A stretch of 64,000 nucleotides of DNA, taken from positions 1,943 to 65,942 of the IMG/VR virus record IMGVR_UViG_3300037483_000348; one strand, 5' to 3'. The stretch is from a virus (taxonomy: Duplodnaviria > Caudoviricetes). Both the position numbers and the translations under genes were made by a program. Positions 63,592 to 64,000 of the stretch are shown here, one piece after another (the first letter of the stretch is position 1; the number at the start of each line of letters is the position of its first letter). Under the pieces are notes generated by a model, which was not told the origin of the DNA, searched no databases, and was given only the letters and a program-made list of their open reading frames with translations.

Positions 63592-64000
63592 ATGCGTCCC
63601 GTTGTCCCCGATGAACTGCTGGCGATTTCGGGAGAGCCGGTGTTTCGTCCCGCGCCCGAGATCATCGAATGGGCGCGGCGGACCTTCATCGACGACGACG
63701 CTTCGCTGCTAAATCCCGATCACGCGCATCTGGCCTTCGCTACCATCGGCGCGTTGTGGACCAATGTTTCCAATTCCCGGCAGGGCAGGACCATCATCGG
63801 CCAGTGCGAAACGGGACAGCCCCGCGCCATGATGGGGAAGTGGCCCAAGGCCCGTGCCGAAATGCAGATGCTGCAGTGGTTCGGACTGGTGCCGGATTTC
63901 CTGCTGACGTTCGATGCCAACTACGCCGCGCAATGCAGCGATGACGAATTTTGCGCGCTGGTCGAGCACGAGCTGTATCATGCGGGGCAGGACAAGGATG
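63592..64000 (+). CDS. Putative phage metallopeptidase (3' partial)
   Basis: LLNPDHAHL...PDFLLTFDA...ALVEHELYH (HExxH); family often lies just upstream of packaging genes. Confidence 0.8.
   Translation, partial: MRPVVPDELLAISGEPVFRPAPEIIEWARRTFIDDDASLLNPDHAHLAFATIGALWTNVSNSRQGRTIIGQCETGQPRAMMGKWPKARAEMQMLQWFGLVPDFLLTFDANYAAQCSDDEFCALVEHELYHAGQDKD

Overview
The whole window is a single temperate siphovirus-type phage genome with an HK97 head. The host is probably an alphaproteobacterium (Hyphomicrobiales-like), inferred from the high GC content, a host-type tRNA-Thr(GGT) fragment and a GTTC-N7-GTTC SOS box. Gene order: terminase C-terminus, head, neck, tail, fibres/spike, lysis (all +); five tRNA genes (-); two cargo-carrying IS1595-family elements, each with terminal inverted repeats and an 8-bp target duplication, the second carrying a restriction endonuclease/methyltransferase pair and splitting a phage gene; an early-left operon (-) with putative attP, tyrosine integrase, radical SAM, HNH, YqaJ and ERF; a cI/cro switch; replication and late-control genes (+); a second leftward accessory block; and the start of a phage metallopeptidase gene. 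No host genes are visible and the integrase/attP lie mid-window, so this looks like a non-integrated (virion or circular) form. Highlights: a 15-bp palindromic operator dispersed genome-wide together with a CI lacking its autocleavage residues and a LexA box; an IS-borne RM system; an IS-borne micropeptide unit with a long structured leader; two Leu tRNAs with no long variable arm; an attP-like site carrying a promoter plus the 5' half of a tRNA; and a tail gene built from 39-aa repeats. All protein calls come from motif recognition by eye; no database searches were run.
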